IMG/VR virus record: IMGVR_UViG_3300047160_002226
Location: 52,150 to 116,149 of that record
DNA length: 64,000 nt
Direction: 5' to 3' (one strand)
Source of the DNA: a virus
A program made the position numbers and the translations under genes. Below are positions 9,113 to 18,314 of this stretch, piece after piece (position 1 is the first letter of the stretch; every line of letters begins with the position of its first letter). Under the pieces are notes generated by a model. The model did not search any database, had not been told where the DNA came from, and saw only the letters and a list, made by a program, of their open reading frames with translations.

Positions 9113-9667
9113 ATGCCGCTTACTGGTGATATGTCAGCGGGTGTCTACGACACCTTGGAACCGCAGCGCCAGGATAATTGGATCCTAGATATAGCTCCAC
9201 CTGGTTCTGGGTCTACGTCTATCGGTGACGCCATCAAGCTGGCAATCCAGGTGATGGCGCTTCCGAACGAAACGACCGATCTGGTCGAACTGCATTACCT
9301 CAATGAGCGTCGGCACTATGCTGGCAAGACGCTCTATGAGGGCGGTACGATCCAGTGCGTTGATTTCATCGATCAACACATCGCTACGCAGATCAATGCT
9401 TGGCGTCGGCTCGTTTACAATCCACTGAACGGTAAGGTCGGCTGGAAGGCCAACTATGCTGGGCAGGGGAACATCTGGCTCTACGCGCCGAACGGTCAAG
9501 GCGAGCGTATGTGGGAGCTTCGTGGTCTATGGCCCTCATCTGTCAATTGGGGCGGCTTGGACTACAACTCAGGCGATAAGGTTCTGATCGACATCACGCT
9601 TGTCTACGACAAGGCTGTCTTCAAGAACACTGAGCCAGCTTCTACCACGCCGATTGACACGAACTGA
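9113..9667 (+). CDS. Tail tube protein, T4 gp19-like
   Basis: Follows sheath; RHYAGK, WELRGLWPSSVNWGGLDY, ITLVYD motifs. Confidence 0.88.
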   Translation: MPLTGDMSAGVYDTLEPQRQDNWILDIAPPGSGSTSIGDAIKLAIQVMALPNETTDLVELHYLNERRHYAGKTLYEGGTIQCVDFIDQHIATQINAWRRLVYNPLNGKVGWKANYAGQGNIWLYAPNGQGERMWELRGLWPSSVNWGGLDYNSGDKVLIDITLVYDKAVFKNTEPASTTPIDTN

Positions 9668-9722
9668 TATAACGTAACCGTCTGCTTCTGGTATTTTGCA
9701 CCTGGACCTCTGGAGGTCTGTT

Positions 9723-10568
9723 ATGGAAAACGTCAATACAAGCCCCGTCCAGGCTCAGCCTGGCGGGGCTCCTGCCGTTACACCGCAGCAGCCACGTGAT
9801 GCCTTTGATATCAAGGATCTAATCACCGATATCACTTTCCCTTCAAAGGGACAGTTCTATGGTGACAAGCTTCCCGATGGGAAGGCCAAGATTCGTGGTT
9901 GGCGCACTTCTGAGATCAAGCTCATTGCCAACGCACGTAGGGGCTCTCCAAACCAGCTAGAGCAAGCTCTGGATCGCGTCGTAGATAACTGTCTTATCCT
10001 CCCTAGCACCATGAAGTCTGGTGATCTTCTCTATACTGATGGCTTCTACGCCATGCTGATGCAACGTATCCTCACCTACAACGAGACATACAAGACAGAG
10101 ATCAAGTGTGACTCGTGTGGTTTCAAGGATCCGTCAGTGTCGATTGATCTCATGAAGGATCTCGACGTGATCTGGATAAAGCCAGAGATCCGTGAGCCAA
10201 TCATAGTCGCTCTTCCGCATCAGGGAGCTGATATCGGTTTGCGCCTTCTCAGGCGCAGTGACACCATCAAGATCTCAAAGTACGCTGACCAGAAGATGCA
10301 GCAGAGTCCTGACCTTGGCGATCCAGCTTTTACCTATCGCCTCGCTCTCCAGATCGACACCATTGACAACGAAAAGGTCGATCTTGGTAAGAAGGTGGCA
10401 TGGGTTGATAATCTTCTCGCCAAAGACCTCGTTGTCCTCAGCGATGCACTTGAAGGCGCTGTATCTGGCGTTGATCCGAAGATTCGCCACGAGTGCAGGA
10501 AGTGTGGTGAGACTGATGAGATTCTTCTTCCACTCTCGCTAGACTTTTTTCGTCCAAGGTCTGCCTGA
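9723..10568 (+). CDS. Tail assembly chaperone / baseplate hub assembly protein (T4 gp26-like)
   Basis: ITFPSKGQFY, two CxxC pairs (CDSC, CRKC), C-terminal LDFFRP; lies between tube and tape measure. Confidence 0.75.
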   Translation: MENVNTSPVQAQPGGAPAVTPQQPRDAFDIKDLITDITFPSKGQFYGDKLPDGKAKIRGWRTSEIKLIANARRGSPNQLEQALDRVVDNCLILPSTMKSGDLLYTDGFYAMLMQRILTYNETYKTEIKCDSCGFKDPSVSIDLMKDLDVIWIKPEIREPIIVALPHQGADIGLRLLRRSDTIKISKYADQKMQQSPDLGDPAFTYRLALQIDTIDNEKVDLGKKVAWVDNLLAKDLVVLSDALEGAVSGVDPKIRHECRKCGETDEILLPLSLDFFRPRSA

Positions 10569-10863
10569 AACTACTCAACTTCTCGACCAGTTTTTCGAGT
10601 TGGTGTATTACGGTCGATTTGCAGAAACTTCCTATCTAGAAGATTTGCCCTGGCGCGACTTCCTCTATCTGCATCGCAAGCTAGTGCAAACGAAGAAAGA
10701 TGAGAAGGAGGCACATGAACGTGCCTCTGCATCGGGTGGAAAAGCCACTCGTACTGCAGGCCCACCTTCTACCAATCTGCCAAAACCGCCTTCACCAACG
10801 TCTCCTCTACCGAAGCCACCTCGCAGCATGATGCTGCCCCGTGGGAAACCGCCTCGTAGGTAA
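10543..10863 (+). CDS. Tail chaperone extension (gpGT / T4 gp51-like), probably expressed by frameshift
   Basis: +1 frame is open from 10543 (..LPETTQLLDQFFELVYYGRF..LEDLPWRDF), with no ATG until near its 3' end. Confidence 0.65.
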   Translation, partial: TFFVQGLPETTQLLDQFFELVYYGRFAETSYLEDLPWRDFLYLHRKLVQTKKDEKEAHERASASGGKATRTAGPPSTNLPKPPSPTSPLPKPPRSMMLPRGKPPRR

Positions 10864-10877
10864 AAAGGTCGAGAACC

Positions 10878-13658
10878 GTGCCTGATCCGTCGAACACCTT
10901 TCTCTTTACCATCGCGGTCAAGAACCTTGCGACGGAAGTGCTCAAGGACAGCGAAAAGCTATTTACTAGCTTGGGCGATGTCACAAGCAATGTCGCGAAG
11001 GGTCTCGGTCTAGTCAACGACGCCCAGCTCGAAATGATAAAGACTGGCGCCAAGGAGATGGCAGCGACCTTCGGCCAGGGCCTTCTCCCTACATTCCTGC
11101 TAGGCAAGCTTGACAAGATCGGCTTCGGTAAGGAGTCGAAGCTCGCTTTGGACTTCATGAAGGACTTGAACACCACGCTCAAGCAAGATTTCGGGAAGAG
11201 TCTCAAAGACATTCTCGGAATGATGAAGAACATGGATGCCAAGGGCATCGTTAAGTCCTTGCTGGCTGGGTTCGCGAAGCAAAAGGTCATGCAAGCGTTC
11301 GTCACTGTCATGCAGATGGCAACTGATGAAGCCTTTAAGCTCAACGATGCTGTCATAGCGATACGCCAAAACTTCCGTATGACAACCAAGGAAGCCTCTG
11401 ACCTTGGTGATTCCATGGTCAATGCAGCGATAAATACTGGTTCCTCTCTCGATGAAGCTGCAGACGCGGCTGGTGCTCTAGCGAAGGTAAACCTTCGTGG
11501 AGCTAAGAATATGGATGAATACGGCGAACTAACGCTCAAGATGTCCCAGGCGTGGGGCATGAGTGCTCTCGAAGCCGCCGAATTCGAGAAGACGGCCAAT
11601 AAGATCTACGGTGTTGGAGCCGCAGGGCTTACTGGCATCGCCTCAGCCTTTGACCGCATTGGCCGTACATCGATGATGAGTCGCAAGGAGCTTGTCGAAT
11701 TCAGTAAATCACTTACGCCACTTTTGCTTCGGATTCCTAAGACTCTTCGTTCACAAGTTGCCCCACAAGTCATCGCAACAATCGGTGCTATATCCGCAGA
11801 ATTCAAAGATATGGGCATTGATCCACAATTCGTTGTCGAAAAACTCCAAGCCCTCAAGGATCCGATTAGCTCCGAAGGTCGTAAGCTCCAGGCGATGATT
11901 GTTGGTTACGGTGGTGCTACTGCTAAGCAGTTTACAAAAGCTCTACACGACAATGATATGGGCGTAATCATGGAGGCCCAGCTCAAGGCCGTCCAGAACT
12001 TGAAGAAGAGAATTGGTGATGAGAGGTTTACGCGCAACATCACCCTGTACGCCAAAGCCTGGGGTATGACCGCTGAGCAACTGCAATCAATTTCTGAGAT
12101 GAGTATCAAAGACCTTCATGATCGAGTAACTGTATCGGATGAGGATCGAAAGAATCTTGAGAGCTTCAATAAGGGATGGGATGACTTTACATCTTCAATC
12201 AAAGTCTTCAAGGAGAAGATCGGCAACGTCTTCAAGGGATTCTTGATGCTCATCGGTAAGCCGCTCTTCTATGTGCTAAATGCGATTACATCTGGTCTCA
12301 ACTGGTTCTTGAGCTTGCTTGGCAAGATTGACAAGGATACGAAATCGTTCGTCGGTAATGTCGTAGGGCTAGCTGGCTTTGCCTTGATGATTTGGAAGAT
12401 CGTGGCAGGCTGGTCAACGATGGCAGGCTGGATAGAGACAGCGTTCTTCTGGATGATGAAGTTCGGTTGGTTCCGAACACTTATGCCAATCATCTACAAT
12501 GGAATTGTTTCGATTGTAGCAGCACTAGGATTCTGGCTAGTAGCTATCGTTGCAGTAGTAGCTGCGGTAGTTCTTTTGTACAAGGTCTGGAAAGCTAACC
12601 AAGACAAGTTCATGAAACTCTTTGATAGGATGGCACCAATCCTCAAGAAGATCGGCCTCATCATCGCAGGTATCACTCTTTTGTTCAATCCAATGCTGAT
12701 ACCTATACTTGCTGTGGCTGGTGCGATCTATGCCGTTTACAAGTATTGGGATGATTTCTACGCGGCTATGAAGCCTGGTCTTGAAGATCTTGAGGGTGCC
12801 TGGAACGCAATCGTAGAGGCGGTTGGAGATGTTGTAGACCAGCTATCAGAAGCGCTAGGCCCAGCTCAGGAAGATACTGCAGGCTTCGGAGAGATCATCA
12901 CGAAGGTGTTCAAGGGCGTTGCTAAGGCCATTGGCACTGTCGCTTCGTGGGTTTCAACGTTTGTCGCGCTGCTAGTTCACTTCCTCAAGCCAGCGATCAC
13001 AGGAATCGGTGTAGTACTTGAACCTATCTTCAAGATCCTCGGAGACATCTTCAACAAGAAGGCTGCAACTTCGTGGGGTGATGCGATCATCGACGTGTTC
13101 TACCAGATTATTCGCATCGTATACACGCCGTTCCGCCTAATAGACAATTTTATCAAGACGATGTTCGGCTTTAGCCCAATCGACAAGTTCGTGGAGAAGC
13201 TCAAAGGTTTCTTCAAATGGGTCACAGATATGTGGGCCGTTCTCAAGAATGGTGTCGTCAAAGTCTGGGCCTCTATCAAGGATGAGGTTGGTAGTTTTGT
13301 TGAGTGGATGATCAAGCAGCTCAAGAACATTGGCAGAAGTCTCGTCAAGGCGATCCCTGGCGGTTCTACCGTCTTGAAGATGCTCGGGTGGGACGCTCCA
13401 GAGCCAGAGGCCCAGGCCCAGGGCGGTATAGCCACAGGCCGACAGACAATCACAGTCGGTGAAGGGGGCCAGCCAGAGGCCATCGTTCCACTCAGCAAGA
13501 TGAAGCAAGTTGCGAAGGATGCTGGTGTTGCGCATCCACAACAGCAGATGATGAGCATGGATGATGTTATCGCGGCGATCAAGCATCTTGAAGATACGAT
13601 GGTCAGGATCTCGAATCGTAGCGGAGCTGCGGCAATGGTCCGCACGGGAGGTTTCTAA
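10878..13658 (+). CDS. Tape measure protein
   Basis: 926 aa helical protein with hydrophobic segments and Trp/Phe periodicity; C-terminal AQGGI...VGEGGQPEAIVPL motif. Confidence 0.9.
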   Translation: MPDPSNTFLFTIAVKNLATEVLKDSEKLFTSLGDVTSNVAKGLGLVNDAQLEMIKTGAKEMAATFGQGLLPTFLLGKLDKIGFGKESKLALDFMKDLNTTLKQDFGKSLKDILGMMKNMDAKGIVKSLLAGFAKQKVMQAFVTVMQMATDEAFKLNDAVIAIRQNFRMTTKEASDLGDSMVNAAINTGSSLDEAADAAGALAKVNLRGAKNMDEYGELTLKMSQAWGMSALEAAEFEKTANKIYGVGAAGLTGIASAFDRIGRTSMMSRKELVEFSKSLTPLLLRIPKTLRSQVAPQVIATIGAISAEFKDMGIDPQFVVEKLQALKDPISSEGRKLQAMIVGYGGATAKQFTKALHDNDMGVIMEAQLKAVQNLKKRIGDERFTRNITLYAKAWGMTAEQLQSISEMSIKDLHDRVTVSDEDRKNLESFNKGWDDFTSSIKVFKEKIGNVFKGFLMLIGKPLFYVLNAITSGLNWFLSLLGKIDKDTKSFVGNVVGLAGFALMIWKIVAGWSTMAGWIETAFFWMMKFGWFRTLMPIIYNGIVSIVAALGFWLVAIVAVVAAVVLLYKVWKANQDKFMKLFDRMAPILKKIGLIIAGITLLFNPMLIPILAVAGAIYAVYKYWDDFYAAMKPGLEDLEGAWNAIVEAVGDVVDQLSEALGPAQEDTAGFGEIITKVFKGVAKAIGTVASWVSTFVALLVHFLKPAITGIGVVLEPIFKILGDIFNKKAATSWGDAIIDVFYQIIRIVYTPFRLIDNFIKTMFGFSPIDKFVEKLKGFFKWVTDMWAVLKNGVVKVWASIKDEVGSFVEWMIKQLKNIGRSLVKAIPGGSTVLKMLGWDAPEPEAQAQGGIATGRQTITVGEGGQPEAIVPLSKMKQVAKDAGVAHPQQQMMSMDDVIAAIKHLEDTMVRISNRSGAAAMVRTGGF

Positions 13659-13661
13659 CCC

Positions 13662-14216
13662 ATGCCCGCAGAATTGGTAAACAACTGTTATCTGGTCATT
13701 GACGATCAGAACGCTGGTGCTACTAATCAGAAGTACTTGTATTTCCAGAGTATGCCAGACGATCTACAGTCCACTAAGACGGCTAACATCAACGAGATCC
13801 AGATCCTCGGTCGTTCTGAGCCGATTAAGACTTACGGTTCATCTGGGCCGAGATCATGGAACCTGGAGCTTCATTTCTTCAACAATGACGGAAACAGCGT
13901 CAATGAGGTTGTGAACTGGACTAATTGGTTAGAGTCCTTGGCATATCCTATCTATCTTAATGGCATCTCGTACGGACTTCCTCGTCTTATCTTCTCTTTC
14001 GGAAAGGTTCTGACAGTCCGTGTTATTTGTTCGAGTGTTACAACGACATGGAACTCTCCATGGGATGCAGATGGTACCATGACAGATAGTCAAATGATTA
14101 CGAATATAGTCGGTCCTATGCACGCTTCATCGCAGATTGTTCTAGACCAGATCAGCAGAATACCGTTTGGGCACAACGAAGTATTCAATGGTGCCCACAA
14201 CAACAGCACTGACTGA
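13662..14216 (+). CDS. Tail tube initiator / baseplate protein (CIS tube-like)
   Basis: ILGRSEPIKTY.SSGPRS, WLESLAYP, PRLIFSFG motifs. Confidence 0.7.
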   Translation: MPAELVNNCYLVIDDQNAGATNQKYLYFQSMPDDLQSTKTANINEIQILGRSEPIKTYGSSGPRSWNLELHFFNNDGNSVNEVVNWTNWLESLAYPIYLNGISYGLPRLIFSFGKVLTVRVICSSVTTTWNSPWDADGTMTDSQMITNIVGPMHASSQIVLDQISRIPFGHNEVFNGAHNNSTD

Positions 14217-14223
14217 GACTAAC

Positions 14224-14556
14224 ATGAGAACGATCAATCTTCCTATCACTTCACGCTTGTCCGCGACTCCACTTATCCAGTCGCCTACAGACAACGTGTA
14301 CTACTTTGGCGTCTGGGGTGTCATCGACTTTCCTGTATCCCCAGAAGATGAATTCTACAGGCTTACTGCGCGGGATGTAGTCCGCTGGGATATCCTCGCG
14401 AACACTAAATACCGCGACTACAACAAGATGTGGATTTTCTGGGCTGCGAACAACATCATGGATCCGTTCAACGTCATGCCAGGCACGTTGATCCGTATAC
14501 CAGGAAACAAGACAGTTAACTCTGTTCTGCAATCCATCAACGGAAACGCGCCGTAG
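14224..14556 (+). CDS. Baseplate wedge protein, LysM-like (T4 gp53 / P2 gpX-like)
   Basis: RWDILA..Y....WIFWAANNIMDPF...PGTLIRIP. Confidence 0.8.
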   Translation: MRTINLPITSRLSATPLIQSPTDNVYYFGVWGVIDFPVSPEDEFYRLTARDVVRWDILANTKYRDYNKMWIFWAANNIMDPFNVMPGTLIRIPGNKTVNSVLQSINGNAP

Positions 14557-14569
14557 TGGAGCTATCCTA

Positions 14570-15964
14570 ATGCCTCTGCCACAGATACCGCCTGAGAGTG
14601 ATCGTGGTTTCGGGCAGGTAATTACACCTGCTGATACCCCGTTCGTCAAGCTCATGGCCCAAGGTAACGATCTTTCTGTCGTTCCAAATTTCTTGAAAAG
14701 CTTTACATTCGAGCACAATTTTGGTGAGGACGGTGCTAGCCAAGCGACAATTCAACTATTCGATCCAAATTTCGATCAGCTTGAAAACGTTATATTCAGC
14801 AGTAGTCTAGCGATATCATTCCAGTGGGGCTGGGCTAATGGCACGAAGTCTAATCTTCACGAGGCCATAATCGCCAGCTATGATGTGGCATTTGAGTGGG
14901 GCCAAGGCACCTTGCTCACACTGACTACGACCGATATAACGCAACAATTTCTCAATAACACTACAGATAACACGAGCTGGAAGGCAAGTGATAAACCTTC
15001 TGAAATTGCTCAATTCTTTGCGACTAAGCACAATCTGACACCGATTGTTGAAGAGTCGTATCCGCTCAATGTTCCTCTTACGCAACCAGTAGGGTTGTCA
15101 GATTTGGCTTTCTTGCAAACTATCAAGAAACTAGCTATTTCAGCACGTACTGGCATTGGTGGCTATGTATTCTCCGTCACTGCGAATAACGAGTTGCACT
15201 TCCACACTAGAAATTACGTTCAAGATGAGGCAAAGAAGTTCATCTATTATCTTGGGCGCGAGCGCAATGGCGTCATTATGGAGTTTTCACCAGTAGTTGA
15301 ATCACAGACGCAGCTCGCGTTTGGTGGTTCAGGTTTCCAGGTCCAGTGCTACGACCCTGTCAATAAGAAAGATATAGTCTATACAGCGAACAATGAGACA
15401 CTTGTTGGTATGCCATCCACAGGTCAAAAAGTACCGAAGGATGCAGCTACCCCACGTGTAGCCCGCGTTCCGTACTTTGCGTTCCAAAATGCCCAAGCGG
15501 TAGCTCAAGATCGTTTTATTGCTCACTCATCTGGTAACTACGACGCGACTATAAAGATGTACGGCAACCCAACCATTCGTCCTGGTGACATTATTGACAT
15601 CGAAGTTCTCATCCCCAAGAGTGGCCCTCTTCCAGAGCGTCTGCACTATACATCTGGCCCTTACTTCGTACAATCAGCTACCCATGAGATCGATGATGGC
15701 GGATCGTACACAACGACCTGCAAGGCGCAGCGCCAAGGATCATCAATGGATGATCTGCCGAATGGTGGTTCATCCTTCAATACTACAACACCGCCTCAAG
15801 AGCCGAGCGTCCTTCCCCAAGATGGAAATGCGCAGCCTGCGACGAGGCAGAAGACGGCGGCAAGCAAACAAGAACTCATCAACCAAGCCAACGATCTCTT
15901 CAAGCAGGGGAAGACACAGGAAGCGCTGTCCACTCTTCGTCAAGCAGCCAATTCAGGAAACTAG
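14570..15964 (+). CDS. Baseplate hub protein (gp27 / late control D-like)
   Basis: FQWGW, SDLAFL, GNPTIRPGDII, SGPYFVQSATHEI..G.YTT motifs. Confidence 0.8.
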   Translation: MPLPQIPPESDRGFGQVITPADTPFVKLMAQGNDLSVVPNFLKSFTFEHNFGEDGASQATIQLFDPNFDQLENVIFSSSLAISFQWGWANGTKSNLHEAIIASYDVAFEWGQGTLLTLTTTDITQQFLNNTTDNTSWKASDKPSEIAQFFATKHNLTPIVEESYPLNVPLTQPVGLSDLAFLQTIKKLAISARTGIGGYVFSVTANNELHFHTRNYVQDEAKKFIYYLGRERNGVIMEFSPVVESQTQLAFGGSGFQVQCYDPVNKKDIVYTANNETLVGMPSTGQKVPKDAATPRVARVPYFAFQNAQAVAQDRFIAHSSGNYDATIKMYGNPTIRPGDIIDIEVLIPKSGPLPERLHYTSGPYFVQSATHEIDDGGSYTTTCKAQRQGSSMDDLPNGGSSFNTTTPPQEPSVLPQDGNAQPATRQKTAASKQELINQANDLFKQGKTQEALSTLRQAANSGN

Positions 15965-15966
15965 CG

Positions 15967-17211
15967 ATGCCGTCACCAGTTCCGTCTATCCTCGATATCA
16001 TCAAGAACCCAGAGCAATATCTCCAGGGAGCGCCCCTTCGTGCTGTCTATCGTGGGTTGATCGAGGATGTCAATGATCCAGACCAGCTTGGTAGAGTACG
16101 GGTCAGAGTAAAGAGCATCTGGTCTTCTCAGGTTCCAACTGACAATCTACCGTGGGCTGAGATAGCAAACAGCGGCAGTATGTCGCAGCAGGGCCTTTTC
16201 TCGATTCCTCCTGTTGGCTCTACTGCGTTCGTGATATTCCAAGAGGGCAATAGCTCGTTCCCGATCATCATTGGCGGATGGTACGGCAAGACGAATGGTC
16301 AGAACGAGGTCCCGAAGGCCGCAATCGGTCAGCAGGACACTGGAGGGTCGGGTAAAGGAAACGATCAAGGAACGGGTGCCGCAGGAGCCCAGCTCCAAGA
16401 GCCTGCGAATCCATTTGCTCCGACCTATCCTAACAACCATGTCTACAAAGGTACTAGTGGCAACCTGATAGAAGTTGACGATACGCAAGGTCACGAGCGT
16501 ATCGACATAGTTCACAAGAGTGGATCGTGGATCGAGTTCCATCCAGATGGGTCCATTGTCGTAGGATGCCAGAAGAAGATCTACGTTTTCTCAACAGATG
16601 TAACTCAGATACATTCCCACAAGGATCTCGATGCGCTGGCAGACAACCAGATGACGGCGAAGGCAGGGAAGGATCTCCAGGTTCAAACGGGGAGAGACGA
16701 GGCGCACGTCGTTGGGCGTGATCTCACCGTTCAAGCAGCCCGTGATATTCTCCTCAACGCCGCCCGCAATTTCTCAGAGATCGCAGCGCAAGCTGGGATG
16801 ATCCAGACTGGTACGAATCTTACGATGACGGCTGGTCAAGACATAACGGCCACTGCTGGTGGCACTCTCACTTTTCAGGCAGCTCTTGCCACAGTCATCA
16901 ACACGGCGGCAGCTCTCACACTGCAAGCGGCCACAGCGTTGAGCCTAATTAGTGGTACCACGCTCAATATGACTTCTGGGGCCGCTATGAGCATTGAATC
17001 TGGTGCTGCGCTTTCAATAGTTTCTAGTGCTATTACAGACATTCTTTCTAGTGGCATTTTGACGATGATTGCACCTGTCATCGACATAGAGTCTCCGCTA
17101 GTAACTATCGGAGGAATCACGCCTGGGAACGTTGTGACTGATGTAACTCACCCGATTGACTTCATAACTGGATTGCCTATCGTTGGAACCCCTGTTGTAA
17201 GAGCTGGATGA
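15967..17211 (+). CDS. Baseplate central spike, gp5/VgrG-like (OB fold + beta-helix)
   Basis: YRGLIEDVNDPDQLGRVRVR, LPWA, IEVDDT.G.ERI.I.H.SGS; 8-residue repeats in the C-terminal half. Confidence 0.9.
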   Translation: MPSPVPSILDIIKNPEQYLQGAPLRAVYRGLIEDVNDPDQLGRVRVRVKSIWSSQVPTDNLPWAEIANSGSMSQQGLFSIPPVGSTAFVIFQEGNSSFPIIIGGWYGKTNGQNEVPKAAIGQQDTGGSGKGNDQGTGAAGAQLQEPANPFAPTYPNNHVYKGTSGNLIEVDDTQGHERIDIVHKSGSWIEFHPDGSIVVGCQKKIYVFSTDVTQIHSHKDLDALADNQMTAKAGKDLQVQTGRDEAHVVGRDLTVQAARDILLNAARNFSEIAAQAGMIQTGTNLTMTAGQDITATAGGTLTFQAALATVINTAAALTLQAATALSLISGTTLNMTSGAAMSIESGAALSIVSSAITDILSSGILTMIAPVIDIESPLVTIGGITPGNVVTDVTHPIDFITGLPIVGTPVVRAG

Positions 17212-17220
17212 AGGTGGCTG

Positions 17221-17907
17221 ATGCCTCTTGTAGCTGCTGCTATGGGCGCGGATATGCTTAGTCGTGCAGTAAGTAAGGGCCTTATCGACGCGCCACCATA
17301 TTTTGCGCTTTCTAGAATATACAATGCTGTAGCTACTGGCATTGTAAAGACGCTCCAAGCTGCTGCTACCGTTGTCACGGTGCAGTGGACAGGCTTCGTA
17401 CCTGTCGGTGCGAGTATAGGTACTGCAAACAGTATAAGTGGTCCTGATCCTGATGGTTACGGGACTGACACTCAAACAGAGGCAGGGCACACTGGACCTT
17501 TTGCTCCACCGTTCTATTACGGGCTAGGGGGTGTCATCGATTACATTAAGCCGAACATCTCGTTTGTAGATCTCTTGTGTCCTGTTGCTGCAGGTGGGGC
17601 TGGTGTCCTCGTCTCTATTGTCGTGCCGATATCTGAATGCCACGACAACATTGTAGCGGCCATGCCTGACGACTTCCTCTGTAAGAATCCGAACCCACCA
17701 GGTTGTCCAGATGGCTCAGTAAGAGCCCCGCCGCCACGGTTCGTGCCGTTCAATTACGTGTACTACGAGATGGACCAGATGATCAAGGCTGCGTCACACC
17801 AACTGGCCGTGTATCTGTTGCATCCAACGCAGACGACGTGGACAATGACTGGTGTTCCGACTATCGCCCCTATCAGCACTACTGACATCTTTACAAGAAT
17901 ACTCTAG
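17221..17907 (+). CDS. Hypothetical baseplate protein (position of spike-tip gene)
   Basis: Lies between gp5 and gp25; Gly/Pro/Cys-rich. Confidence 0.5.
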   Translation: MPLVAAAMGADMLSRAVSKGLIDAPPYFALSRIYNAVATGIVKTLQAAATVVTVQWTGFVPVGASIGTANSISGPDPDGYGTDTQTEAGHTGPFAPPFYYGLGGVIDYIKPNISFVDLLCPVAAGGAGVLVSIVVPISECHDNIVAAMPDDFLCKNPNPPGCPDGSVRAPPPRFVPFNYVYYEMDQMIKAASHQLAVYLLHPTQTTWTMTGVPTIAPISTTDIFTRIL

Positions 17908-17915
17908 AGGCACAT

Positions 17916-18296
17916 ATGGGAGATAGATGGCACGGGCTAGTATTCCCATTCAAGCGTGGGCCACAAGGCTGGTTCAGTGACGGATCAGATGATGATCTCA
18001 TTTCATCGTCTATCCAATTCATCATTGGCATTTGCCTAAACGACTACATCTGTTTGCCAGACTTCGGTGCCAACGTTTGTCCTCTCATCTTCGAGCCAAA
18101 TGATGACGTTCTTTCAGTTCTTCTCAGGAGCCGCATCAACGAAGCTCTCTCAAGATGGGAGCCACGTATATCCGTACAAACTATAAATACGCTCATCAAC
18201 GACGATCAGGTCAATGTCACGATCTCCTACGTCTTTGTCAGTGAACCAGGAACGATCCGCTTCTTCAACGATTCGTTCCAGAGGCTCACAGCATGA
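17916..18296 (+). CDS. Baseplate wedge / sheath initiator, gp25-like
   Basis: GLVFPF, PDFG...LIFEPND, ALSRWEPRI motifs. Confidence 0.9.
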   Translation: MGDRWHGLVFPFKRGPQGWFSDGSDDDLISSSIQFIIGICLNDYICLPDFGANVCPLIFEPNDDVLSVLLRSRINEALSRWEPRISVQTINTLINDDQVNVTISYVFVSEPGTIRFFNDSFQRLTA

Positions 18297-18314
18297 GCGC
18301 AAGACAGGTGAGCC

